This document shows positions 16,158-24,851 of a stretch of DNA of 25,371 nucleotides, one piece after another. The stretch comes from a virus. Lineage: Duplodnaviria; Caudoviricetes. The stretch lies in IMG/VR virus record IMGVR_UViG_3300037631_003982, positions 1 through 25,371 of that record. One strand, given 5' to 3'. Each line of letters begins with the position of its first letter. Position 1 is the first letter of the stretch. The translations under genes were made by a program, and so were the position numbers. Below the pieces are notes generated by a model. It worked only from the letters and a program-made list of their open reading frames with translations, was not told the origin of the DNA and did no database searches.

Positions 16158-17421
16158 CTATTCCTCTGTAAAGTTTGTAGTCCTCATCTATCTCCTCTCT
16201 ATTATCGTTAAAAATTAGGATAGGTTTAATTTCCTCTGCTGGATATTTATCGTAACGAACTCCTATAACACCTTTTTTATTGAGCTCACTTGCTCTAAAC
16301 ATTATAGATGTAACACTATTTTCAACAAAAGATTTTAATGATCTTGCACCCACCTTGCTTTGATCTGCAAGTCTGGCTACATTAGATAAGTATTCGTCTT
16401 CAAAATGTATATCTAAATTATCTATTTTTAGGAGTGCTTCAGTTTGTGATAAAACATTATTCTTTATGCTACCTAATATACTTTTTAGATGAGATTCGTT
16501 TAATTTTTCTAATGTTGCAATCACTGGAAGTCTACCTACGAGTTCAGGTATAAGTCCAAACTGTATTACATCTTGTGGTGTAACTGATTCAAGTAATTCT
16601 TCTCTTACCTTGGTGTCTATAAGTTTACTATTGAATCCCATATTACTGTTCTTTCTTAATCGTTTTTCTATTTGAGCTTCTATACCTACAAATGCTCCGC
16701 TTAATATAAACAACACATTACTAGTATCAAATTCTACATATTCGTCTGTAAATTTTTTACCTGTACCTACTTTAATTTTTGTTTTAGTTCCTTCTATAAG
16801 TCTTAACAAAGCCTGTTGTACACCTTCTCCACTTACATCTCTTGTACTTGTATTGCTCTCAGACTTCCTAGCCTTCTTATCAACCTCATCTATAAAAACA
16901 ACACCTCTTTGGGCTACTTCTATATCGTAATCTGCTAAACTTAAAAGTCTTTCTAAAACACTTTCTACGTCCTCACCAACATAACCTGCTTCAGTTAATG
17001 TTGTGGCATCAGCAATAGCAAATGGTACGTTGAGCTTCTTAGCAAGTGTCTTAGCAAGTAGTGTTTTACCTGTTCCAGTTGAACCCATTAATAGTATATT
17101 TGTTTTCTCTAATTCAACATCTTTTACTTGATTAGTAATTCGTTTATAATGATTGTATGCATTTACAGACAATATTTCTTTAGCATAATCTTGTGCCATT
17201 ATATATTCGTCTAAAAAGGATTTAATTTCCATTGGTTTTGGAATGGAAGAGAAGTCTAAAGTATCGAAACTTAAATTACTGTCTTCTTTTACAATGTCAT
17301 AACTTAATTTTATACATTCATCACAGATATAAACATTAGGACCTGCTATGAGTTTTTCAACTTCCTCTCTATGCTTACCACAGAAGTTACAATTTAGTTT
17401 TTGTTGTGTGTCGTCTGTCAT
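16147..17421 (-). CDS. clpX: ATP-dependent Clp protease ATPase ClpX
   Basis: CNFC...ICDEC zinc finger, GSTGTGKT, DATTLTEAGYVGEDVE, IDEVDK, RDVSGEGVQQALL, MGF loop, PELVGRLP, GARSL. Confidence 0.97.
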   Translation of the reverse strand: MTDDTQQKLNCNFCGKHREEVEKLIAGPNVYICDECIKLSYDIVKEDSNLSFDTLDFSSIPKPMEIKSFLDEYIMAQDYAKEILSVNAYNHYKRITNQVKDVELEKTNILLMGSTGTGKTLLAKTLAKKLNVPFAIADATTLTEAGYVGEDVESVLERLLSLADYDIEVAQRGVVFIDEVDKKARKSESNTSTRDVSGEGVQQALLRLIEGTKTKIKVGTGKKFTDEYVEFDTSNVLFILSGAFVGIEAQIEKRLRKNSNMGFNSKLIDTKVREELLESVTPQDVIQFGLIPELVGRLPVIATLEKLNESHLKSILGSIKNNVLSQTEALLKIDNLDIHFEDEYLSNVARLADQSKVGARSLKSFVENSVTSIMFRASELNKKGVIGVRYDKYPAEEIKPILIFNDNREEIDEDYKLYRGIDGI

Positions 17422-19349
17422 TTATTTTTAGTTATGTACGTTTTATTTATGTCTGGTTCATCATCTGACTTCGGTAAAGGCGTGGCCCAGAATCCTATTT
17501 TCTTTCTAACTTCTTCTTCAGAAGATTTTTGTAACAGTTCTAATATTTCCTTTTCTGTTAGATCTTCTTTATTAAGTTCACTGTTAGCCATCAATCTTGC
17601 GGCTTCACGTAAGTCTCCAGTTGCGGCTTTTTCTACTTCAACCGGTACTTCCTTTTCTATGACCTGTGGAGGAGTCATTTTAAGATTAGTATTCTCTTGA
17701 CGTAAAGCAGATATTTCAATTAGTAATTCGTTTACCTTATCTGTGTTTTCTACTTTTACAATTCTTTGTTTGCTTGGGACTTCAACGACTCGCTCTGGTC
17801 CTGGAACTTCAACGATTCGTTCTGGTCCTGGGACTTCCTTTTCGACAATGCGTTCAACCTCCTTGATGACCTCAATCTCCTTTGGGACTTCAACTTCAAC
17901 GATCTTTTCAACTGGCACCTCCCTTTCAACTACCACTTCTTTAATTACTTCAACCGGAACTTCTACTATCTTCTCAACTTCTTTTTCTATTATAACTTCT
18001 TTAGGCTTATCGTCAAGAGCCTTTAATGTTTTTTTGTACTTCTTTTCCAATAACGATAAGGCCTTTTCTATTTTGTCCGCTCTTTTTTTTTGGGAGGCAC
18101 TTTCTGCCATTGCCTTTGCGGCATCTTCTGCCGCACTAGGAAGGTCTGGCATATTATCGCCGTATATTTCTCTGCTTTGTTCTTCAAAATCACTATCCCA
18201 ATATTTGTCTGGGTCGTCTTCTGGGTCCTTTGGAGTACTAGGTCCTGTGCTTTCTAAATTAATACCGTACCTAAGTAATGTCTGGTTTGCCGCAATCAAT
18301 AACATAACTGCTAATGGATCAAATACAAAAACAAAAAGTAATATGAATATTCTTATTGCTTTGTCCATTACTGATTGGTCTGATGCACCATAAAGTAATT
18401 CAGCCACATATTTAATTGGGCCTACTTCTCGCTCTAAGTCTCTTACTTTACTTTCTGCTTCAAACTTATCGTCTTTTAATACTGCAATGACATCATATAT
18501 ACCATCTATCTGATTATTAAATTCGTCTATCTTAATTAAGTTATCGTCTTGTGCTGATTGGCTATTGTTTCTTAATCTGTTTATTTCAGCATTAGCACCG
18601 TTGATTGTGTCTTGTGCTTGTAATCTATATGCATCTATATTTGCTTGTTGCTTGTCTATGTCTACTTTTATATCTGCACGTTGTTGTTCTTGTTGGTTGT
18701 ACAAGTCGTTTGCCTGTGCAACATAGTCTATTTTTTCTGTAGTGTCTCCTTGGAATATACCACCTTCATCTGTGGTTACAATCTCTACACCTTTGTTTCT
18801 TAAATCGTTTACTGCTTTATCTAATACTGCTAGTTGGTCTCTAAGTCTGTCTATTTGTCCTTGTGCATAATCTATATCGCCTTGTACTCTTTGCCATGCA
18901 CCATCTCTTATAGTTTCTTGTTGTGATATACTTTCACTTACGTCAACACTTCCGCCTATACTGAGTATTCTATCTTCTATGATATCTATTTTATTTTCTT
19001 CTCTGGCTATCTGTCCGTCTAGTCTATCTACTTCTGCAAATGCTACAGCACCATCGCTTGAAACATCAGAAGCCGCTTTAGAAAGATAACCGTAGATACC
19101 AGCAGATGTAATTAACATAAGAACAATTACGGCACTACTAAGGTATGTTTTTAAGGCTAAGGAAGTTTCGTTCCAATAACGATACAGCCAACTTGCTGTA
19201 AGTAGTTTACCTACTTCTAATACACCAGCCATTATGGCTACACTTAGAGGCATGCCTCCAAAGAATATCATAAGTCCAGCAATACTGAACCAAGCGGCTA
19301 CGCCGGCAATTGCCAGAGCGGTGATTAATGTAAGTAGTCCGAACCACAT
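17418..19349 (-). CDS. Membrane-anchored long coiled-coil protein with V/E/K/P-rich repeats
   Basis: Three N-terminal TMs (LEVGKL), coiled coil, GPIKYVAE, fourth TM (FVFDPLAV), then EKIVEVP repeats. Confidence 0.85.
   Translation of the reverse strand: MWFGLLTLITALAIAGVAAWFSIAGLMIFFGGMPLSVAIMAGVLEVGKLLTASWLYRYWNETSLALKTYLSSAVIVLMLITSAGIYGYLSKAASDVSSDGAVAFAEVDRLDGQIAREENKIDIIEDRILSIGGSVDVSESISQQETIRDGAWQRVQGDIDYAQGQIDRLRDQLAVLDKAVNDLRNKGVEIVTTDEGGIFQGDTTEKIDYVAQANDLYNQQEQQRADIKVDIDKQQANIDAYRLQAQDTINGANAEINRLRNNSQSAQDDNLIKIDEFNNQIDGIYDVIAVLKDDKFEAESKVRDLEREVGPIKYVAELLYGASDQSVMDKAIRIFILLFVFVFDPLAVMLLIAANQTLLRYGINLESTGPSTPKDPEDDPDKYWDSDFEEQSREIYGDNMPDLPSAAEDAAKAMAESASQKKRADKIEKALSLLEKKYKKTLKALDDKPKEVIIEKEVEKIVEVPVEVIKEVVVEREVPVEKIVEVEVPKEIEVIKEVERIVEKEVPGPERIVEVPGPERVVEVPSKQRIVKVENTDKVNELLIEISALRQENTNLKMTPPQVIEKEVPVEVEKAATGDLREAARLMANSELNKEDLTEKEILELLQKSSEEEVRKKIGFWATPLPKSDDEPDINKTYITKNK
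17775..17837. repeat. 27-bp in-frame tandem repeat (2.3 copies)
   Basis: tgggacttcaacgactcgctctggtcc / tggaacttcaacgattcgttctggtcc / tgggacttc, encoding EVPGPER(I/V)V. Confidence 0.85.
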
Positions 19350-19356
19350 AATGTAC

Positions 19357-19415
19357 TATTTATCGCTTATTTGTGTTCCATTAACAACGTTTTGGATAAA
19401 GGTGTATTATAAATA
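19357..19415. promoter_or_regulatory. Divergent T4-type late promoters
   Basis: GATAAATA on - (19357-64) and exact TATAAATA on + (19408-15). Confidence 0.65.
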
Positions 19416-19420
19416 TAGGA

Positions 19421-20599
19421 ATGCATATAGAAAAAATAGATAATATACAAAGTGCAGGAGATCATATACCTGGTCTAGTTGATTTATTTTTAGACGAACA
19501 GTCATCTGATAAGTCACTTGTATATACAGAATTTTTTCCTAATATACATAAACACTTTGCAAATGAAATACAACAATTATTTACACTAGGAACATTACAC
19601 GGCTCTAAAGGTGTAAGTGTAGATTTAGTTTGTTCTCAACCTTCTGATATTTACTATGAAATATGTCCTAAAACTTTACAGAGTTTACCTAAAAACAAAA
19701 TAAAATACTTTTTACAAAATTACAATGTAATTATACATGATTACGTTGAAGGTTCTTGGTGGTTTAATATGTCTATTACTCCTGTAGAATTTATAAGAAG
19801 TCTTAATATCTTACCACGTAATGTAATTTTATCAACTACTAGTGGCGATAACGAAGAAGTTAAAGAACTTAATATAAAATCAGGATTTTTTCCTTTGTGG
19901 ATGATGAGAGAATATTCAGATCTTCATTCAGAACTTCCACTAGGTATTGAATTTAATTTTAATCCAAAAAAACTTGCTCTCATACCTGCAAGAAAGGCCA
20001 GGAGTAGTCGTGTAATATTACTTGCAAAAATGCATGAAAAAAAGTTACTAGACGATTGCGACTGGAGCCTAGTAATAAATTTTAATGAGGATGGAGAAGT
20101 TGGAGATTTTTTTACTAGTCCTGCACTTAGTCATAAAAGATTTAATTTAATGGAAACAAGCGATGAACCTTATATAAAAAACTTTTTCAATAGATACAGG
20201 AAAGAATTACCTAAAGTGTTTGAGGAAATCCCTAACAACTCTGTAGCAGATTGTAGATTCATTAATGCATCTTGGTTAGGTTCTTATAATTATTATATTG
20301 CAACAGAACCAACATTAGGAGGTTCAATTCATGCTACGGAAAAAACTTGGAGAGGAATGGGTTTAGGCCTACCTGTAATTACTCTTGCAAGTGCAGGATT
20401 TAATACTTGGTTAGAATCACTAGGGTTTAAAACAATAGGCGACTTTGATCATTTAGACTGGGACGAAAGAGTATTTGCAATAGTAGACTTCTTACAAAAA
20501 CCTATAGATTTAGAGTATAATGAAAGTGTTGCTAGGCACAATTACAACTTAGTACACGATAAAAAGTTTATACTTAGTTTAATAAATATTCCAGAATAA
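19421..20599 (+). CDS. Hypothetical protein, possibly glycosyltransferase-related
   Basis: 392 aa; C-terminal E...TEKTWR...P.I...LESLGFKT...HNYN resembles a GT10-like nucleotide-sugar-binding segment. Confidence 0.55.
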   Translation: MHIEKIDNIQSAGDHIPGLVDLFLDEQSSDKSLVYTEFFPNIHKHFANEIQQLFTLGTLHGSKGVSVDLVCSQPSDIYYEICPKTLQSLPKNKIKYFLQNYNVIIHDYVEGSWWFNMSITPVEFIRSLNILPRNVILSTTSGDNEEVKELNIKSGFFPLWMMREYSDLHSELPLGIEFNFNPKKLALIPARKARSSRVILLAKMHEKKLLDDCDWSLVINFNEDGEVGDFFTSPALSHKRFNLMETSDEPYIKNFFNRYRKELPKVFEEIPNNSVADCRFINASWLGSYNYYIATEPTLGGSIHATEKTWRGMGLGLPVITLASAGFNTWLESLGFKTIGDFDHLDWDERVFAIVDFLQKPIDLEYNESVARHNYNLVHDKKFILSLINIPE

Positions 20600-20630
20600 A
20601 AAAAGGGCAAGTAGATATCACTCTTGCCCT
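20598..20630 (-). terminator. Rho-independent terminator after queD (convergent gap)
   Basis: AGGGCAAG/CTTGCCCT stem followed by a T run on -. Confidence 0.75.
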
Positions 20631-20667
20631 CGCTCAAAACTATTCGTTCATCATTTATCTTTCTTCG

Positions 20668-21153
20668 TTATTTCTCAGAATCTACAAATCGTATCTTCTG
20701 AGTGTCTGCAAGTTCGCATGTTGCACTATTGGCTTCATGTTCTCTTACAGTGACCTTTTGAACCCAGCATCTTCCGTTGCTGATATCATTAACAATCCGT
20801 TCTGCTTCGTCAAAGGCCTGTTCAGCAAATCTTTCACAACCTACTGCACCAACAACTCTCAGATCAATTAGATTTTTGTCTGCTAGTTCTTGGAATGTTT
20901 CAAACTCTGGGTCATCACTTGCTAACAAGTAAGTATGGTCAAACATATGTTTTAACCATTCTTTAAGTGGCTTTAGTCCACCAAAGTCTACGGCCCAGTT
21001 GCGATCATCTAATTCATCACAACCAAAAGTAAACTCAAATTGTATAGCATAACCGTGTATTAAGTTACAGTGACTATCAGCTCTCCATTGTCTAAATGCA
21101 CAACTGTGACCAGTTGCATGTGTATATGTTTTACCGGAATAAAAACGTTTCAT
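20668..21153 (-). CDS. queD: 6-carboxytetrahydropterin synthase / PTPS family
   Basis: HCNLIHGY, WAVDFGGLK, FDHTYL, VREHEANSA. Confidence 0.88.
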   Translation of the reverse strand: MKRFYSGKTYTHATGHSCAFRQWRADSHCNLIHGYAIQFEFTFGCDELDDRNWAVDFGGLKPLKEWLKHMFDHTYLLASDDPEFETFQELADKNLIDLRVVGAVGCERFAEQAFDEAERIVNDISNGRCWVQKVTVREHEANSATCELADTQKIRFVDSEK

Positions 21154-21177
21154 ACTTGTACCTCTAATATATTGTAT

Positions 21178-21205
21178 ATTATATACTCTATTTAGGCAAT
21201 GTCAA
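21178..21205 (-). promoter_or_regulatory. sigma70-like promoter with an embedded late-like motif
   Basis: TTGACA-N16-TATAAT; spacer contains CCTAAATA. Confidence 0.7.
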
Positions 21206-21235
21206 GTACTTTATAGTATAATCTGGTTCAATATA

Positions 21236-21715
21236 CTAATCTTCCATTATTTTTTCTGCTTTATCAAAATCTTCTTGGCTTACAACGCCTTCACGTAATA
21301 ATTTATCTCTGTTTACCATGTGCTTCGCTTGTACTTCTTCTTTGCTACCGCCAAAGTATGCCACAGCATTTCCTGTTTCAATAAGTACATCTGTCGCTGG
21401 ACGCCATGCGTCTTTCTCTGCATCATAAACATCAAAGTCACCTAAGATACGACCAAACTTACCTTTCATATCTTCGCCGTCTTTATTGACTTGTGTTTTT
21501 AAAACAGGACTTTCGCCTAAAATACTTTTTAATTTTTCTTTTGCGGCTAATCCAAATAACTTTTCTACTTTGTCTGATGTTCTGCTTTCAGGTGTATCAA
21601 TACCCATCATGCGAACTCTTTCGTCTCTCAACCAGACACCAAATCCTAAATCTATATCTACGTCTACTGTGTCGCCGTCCACGACTTTCACGACGTTACA
21701 TTTATATTCATACAT
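21236..21715 (-). CDS. Thermonuclease (SNase) family protein
   Basis: KVVDGDTVDVDIDLGF, RVRMMGIDTPESRT, GKFGRILG; RBS AGGAG. Confidence 0.92.
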   Translation of the reverse strand: MYEYKCNVVKVVDGDTVDVDIDLGFGVWLRDERVRMMGIDTPESRTSDKVEKLFGLAAKEKLKSILGESPVLKTQVNKDGEDMKGKFGRILGDFDVYDAEKDAWRPATDVLIETGNAVAYFGGSKEEVQAKHMVNRDKLLREGVVSQEDFDKAEKIMED

Positions 21716-21751
21716 ACTGTTACTCCTAATTGTGTGTATTATAACAGTATA

Positions 21752-21759
21752 TATTTATC
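21752..21759 (-). promoter_or_regulatory. Late-promoter-like motif upstream of the nuclease
   Basis: GATAAATA on -, followed by TGTTATAAT (extended -10). Confidence 0.5.
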
Positions 21760-21768
21760 GTTATTAAA

Positions 21769-22620
21769 TTACTTTCTATCCCAATGTTTTCTAAAGATAA
21801 CATTTATAAATGTTTTAAGCATTTGAGTTGACCGACTTTCATTCTTTTGCCTTTGATAGTTATCTAATACAGCATGTGTGATTAAGTTTGGTAAGTCTTT
21901 ATTTTCAGAGAAATCTACTAAACTATAGTCCTCATTTCTATTTTCCATAATTATAGAATACATGGTATATTCTGAAGTAAGATAATCGTTTACATTGTCA
22001 TTATGGTAAGAAGTTTGTAAAGCAATTTTTAATGTACTTTTATCTTTACTACTTTTTACATTCATACGAGGTAGGTCTAGATCAAAGTGCTTTTTAAAAA
22101 AGGAATCTAAGTTTGGTAGGTCTATCCAAAACGTGGTATCAACTAAACTGTGTATTGTAAATGCCTCCCATAACCAATTAGCAACGTGATAACTATTTGC
22201 TAAAGAATAGTCGTTTCCATTGTATTTGAAAAGTTGTATAATCATATGTTCAAAATACTTTTTATTCTTTTCCACAAGCAAGACTGCCGCTCTATCATCT
22301 GATATTCGTTTATGACTTACTATTTGTGCATCATTATTAAGACTTATTACTTGTCTATTGTATTTTAAACCTGATTGGTCTGGCAACATAAACATACTGA
22401 TATCTTCTAGAAGACCACTTATGTATCTATCATGTGGGTCTCTAAAAAGTATATATGCAGTATAGTTTTTTAACTTATTATAAGGAGGTACTTGATATTT
22501 TGTATGGTCTATCTCATGCCAATTGCTATCTTTTTTCTGTAATGGATCTGCAACTGAAGTTGTACCATTTTTACCATGGCTGTATATAAGTTGTTTAGTA
22601 ACTTCGTTGATTAAAAACAT
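21769..22620 (-). CDS. Sulfotransferase-family-like protein
   Basis: KNGTTS (5'-PSB-like) and FRDPHDRYISG (3'-PB-like) PAPS-binding motifs. Confidence 0.6.
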   Translation of the reverse strand: MFLINEVTKQLIYSHGKNGTTSVADPLQKKDSNWHEIDHTKYQVPPYNKLKNYTAYILFRDPHDRYISGLLEDISMFMLPDQSGLKYNRQVISLNNDAQIVSHKRISDDRAAVLLVEKNKKYFEHMIIQLFKYNGNDYSLANSYHVANWLWEAFTIHSLVDTTFWIDLPNLDSFFKKHFDLDLPRMNVKSSKDKSTLKIALQTSYHNDNVNDYLTSEYTMYSIIMENRNEDYSLVDFSENKDLPNLITHAVLDNYQRQKNESRSTQMLKTFINVIFRKHWDRK

Positions 22621-22628
22621 ACTTTTAT

Positions 22629-23171
22629 TTAGTCTGTTCTAAATAAAAATGTATGGTTCTCGACTACTATTGTTACAGGATATACCGTACTCCAACTAGG
22701 TGTTGAAATATTATGATTATAATAATGTGTTGCACCTTTTGTAGGATCACGATACCATATGTTTCGTTCCATTAATTTAACAGCAACTTGCATTGACGTT
22801 ACCCAATCTCTCATATTGGGTTCTATAACTTTACCTCTTCTAGGTTCTGCTTTATAATATAATTGAGGGGCGTCTTTAAGACCATCGCAATACCAAGCAA
22901 ATTGACACATGTCTCTAATTACTTTGCCCTTCCATAGTCTTGCTTCGTAAACAACACCACATACAGTATCAGGATACTTAGGATGTTCTACTCTATTAAG
23001 TACAACATTGCCTACTGCTTGTTTGCCTTTTAAACTTTCACCACGTGCTTCGTAGTAAATGTTTTGAGCCATACAATATGTTTCATTCAACCTATCATCA
23101 GACACAGGGCCTGTTGACATTAACATTGTCATTAACAATGCTTTTGCTGTGATAACACTTGATTCAATCAT
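22629..23171 (-). CDS. Cell wall hydrolase, SleB/Hydrolase_2 family
   Basis: [49 protein letters not shown]. Confidence 0.93.
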   Translation of the reverse strand: MIESSVITAKALLMTMLMSTGPVSDDRLNETYCMAQNIYYEARGESLKGKQAVGNVVLNRVEHPKYPDTVCGVVYEARLWKGKVIRDMCQFAWYCDGLKDAPQLYYKAEPRRGKVIEPNMRDWVTSMQVAVKLMERNIWYRDPTKGATHYYNHNISTPSWSTVYPVTIVVENHTFLFRTD

Positions 23172-23197
23172 AAAGATCTCCTAAAAGTTATACTATT

Positions 23198-23225
23198 ATT
23201 ATAACATTTTTAGTGTTTATGTCAA
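23198..23225 (-). promoter_or_regulatory. sigma70-like promoter
   Basis: TTGACA-N16-TATAAT with TGn. Confidence 0.75.
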
Positions 23226-23229
23226 GTGT

Positions 23230-23523
23230 CTATTTGACTATCTGAATGTCTGATGTTGCTTCTGTAAATTTATCAGCAATTTGTTCTACTGTAGGACTCA
23301 TCGCTACGACTGTTACTTTATTTATGCTGATTTTGTTTGGAATAGAGCTCATCATCCAAGGTACGAGACCTAATCCGCCTTCTGGATTTGGTGCAACTAT
23401 ACTTGCTTTGGATACTTGAATAGAAGAATCATCTTCACCTTCGTATCTTGCTATAATCTCTTCGCCTGTAATTATCTTTACAGTTACTACATCATTCTTC
23501 GCTATTGGTTTTTCCATTAACAT
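23230..23523 (-). CDS. Phage-type small beta-rich hypothetical protein
   Basis: VTVKIITGEEIIAR...GLGLVPWM...; GTTAAATA late-like motif upstream (23558-65). Confidence 0.75.
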   Translation of the reverse strand: MLMEKPIAKNDVVTVKIITGEEIIARYEGEDDSSIQVSKASIVAPNPEGGLGLVPWMMSSIPNKISINKVTVVAMSPTVEQIADKFTEATSDIQIVK

Positions 23524-23650
23524 TTGCTTAGTACCGGTTTAGTGTATATTAAAACTATATTTAACATTAAGTAATTAGTTATCTCCTGACTTTCGGCTCG
23601 TAAATAAACTTTGAAACAACAATTTTGTTGTATTCACAATGGAGGTTGAT

Positions 23651-23881
23651 ATGGATATTCTTAAGAGTGTTGGCGGATGGGCCAAACAACTTACAGATGT
23701 CGGTATGAGTGTGATAGCACTTGGAGTAGTACTAGAAGTATTATTTAAAGGTGCTGTTCCTTTCCTAGGAGATATGACTGTAGTAGCAAATATTATGGGT
23801 ATCTTGAACGGATTAAGCAACGAAGGTCTACTAGGTTTAGTAGGTATTTGGGTCTTGTACCATATCTTTAACAAGAAGTAA
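23651..23881 (+). CDS. Small Gly-rich membrane protein
   Basis: GGAGG RBS at 23641-45 favours ATG 23651; two hydrophobic segments; CGTAAATA upstream and terminator downstream. Confidence 0.8.
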   Translation: MDILKSVGGWAKQLTDVGMSVIALGVVLEVLFKGAVPFLGDMTVVANIMGILNGLSNEGLLGLVGIWVLYHIFNKK

Positions 23882-23896
23882 ACATAACACAAAACT

Positions 23897-23925
23897 AAAG
23901 AGCCCTGGAAACAGGGTTCTTTTTT
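23897..23925 (+). terminator. Rho-independent terminator
   Basis: AAAGAGCCCTG-GAAA-CAGGGTTCTTTTTT. Confidence 0.85.
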
Positions 23926-23977
23926 GATCATTTTACCGCTAATTTAACTGTTTTGTTACTTTTTTGTTAAATATATT

Positions 23978-24106
23978 TGTTGGGCAGAATAGATTTCAGT
24001 CTAACAGTAATAAAAAATCGGCTCCCTCGTAGTAAAGCCTAGAATAGCAGGAGAAACTGCAAATGACTGTTCCAACATTTGATATATGCAAGGTGGCCAC
24101 CCAGCA
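23978..24106 (+). ncRNA. Candidate ~130-nt structured small RNA
   Basis: Starts 4 nt after TTAAATA (23967-73); nested helices closed by TGTTGGG/CCCAGCA. Confidence 0.5.
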
Positions 24107-24116
24107 TTACAATTAG

Positions 24117-24851
24117 TTAGGATAGTTCCTCTAATTTTTCCATTAGAGCGAACTTCCGAGGTGCATTCCTACTTCCGTGTAGGTGGATAATTTGTGCATC
24201 TTTTAATTCACAATCGTTCCATTCGTTTGAATATAATCTTCTTTGCTCCCAATCTTCTAAAAAAAGTTGGTGCCCTTGGTATGCTACTGTAGGTTGTAAT
24301 GTATTTTTAATTGTCCTGCCTTCTTGATCCCATAACATTTTATTTAATATAAATTGTTCTGTATTCCAACTATTGAAATCCCAGTTGTTTGCCATTTCTA
24401 ATCCCATGTCCCAAATGTCTTGACTCATGGTACTAGGATAGTATCTTACATCTGCATTAAAGAAATGTTTATGCTGTATGTCATAATGATTAGGTTCAAC
24501 ACTACTTTTAGGATCTGTGTAGTTAAACATTCTGAAGTCATCATACTCACCAAAGAACTTAGTAGGCTTCATCATAATATTATCAGGCCCACAATATAAA
24601 ATATTTGTGTCTCCCTGTTTCCATATATCATATATTTCAAAGAAATGATCTTTAAATACTTCTTGTATATTATCTACTTCTTTATTAAAAAATATAAACT
24701 CCCAATCACCCTGTAAATGTTTTTCAAAAGAACGCAAACTTATATCATGCATTTTCATATACCAGTCGTATAAATCTCCTTCTGCACTACGATCTTCAAA
24801 CCACATTGGTGACTTAATTTTATATAAACTTCTTATTAAATAATTTTTCAT
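24117..24851 (-). CDS. Putative nucleotide-diphospho-sugar transferase (GT-A-like)
   Basis: ILYCGPD, FFNADVRYY, TEQFILN, IIHLHGSR resemble GT-A motifs; adjacent to a sugar methyltransferase. Confidence 0.6.
   Translation of the reverse strand: MKNYLIRSLYKIKSPMWFEDRSAEGDLYDWYMKMHDISLRSFEKHLQGDWEFIFFNKEVDNIQEVFKDHFFEIYDIWKQGDTNILYCGPDNIMMKPTKFFGEYDDFRMFNYTDPKSSVEPNHYDIQHKHFFNADVRYYPSTMSQDIWDMGLEMANNWDFNSWNTEQFILNKMLWDQEGRTIKNTLQPTVAYQGHQLFLEDWEQRRLYSNEWNDCELKDAQIIHLHGSRNAPRKFALMEKLEELS

Noticed and set aside
17743-18393. 216-aa Ser/Thr-rich + strand ORF
   Set aside because: Antisense shadow of the V/E-rich repeat region of the 643-aa gene.
221-23931. Other short overlapping ORFs in the track (e.g. 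221+, 1200+, 3154+, 6257+, 8710+, 9306+, 10424-, 12698+, 15447+, 21486+, 23575-)
   Set aside because: They overlap well-supported genes and show no motifs or initiation signals.
24054-24082. AAACTGCAAATGAC resembles the tmRNA resume region (A-N-D...)
   Set aside because: The peptide is ANDCSNI* with no Ala-rich end, and no tRNA-like domain or CCA end is visible.
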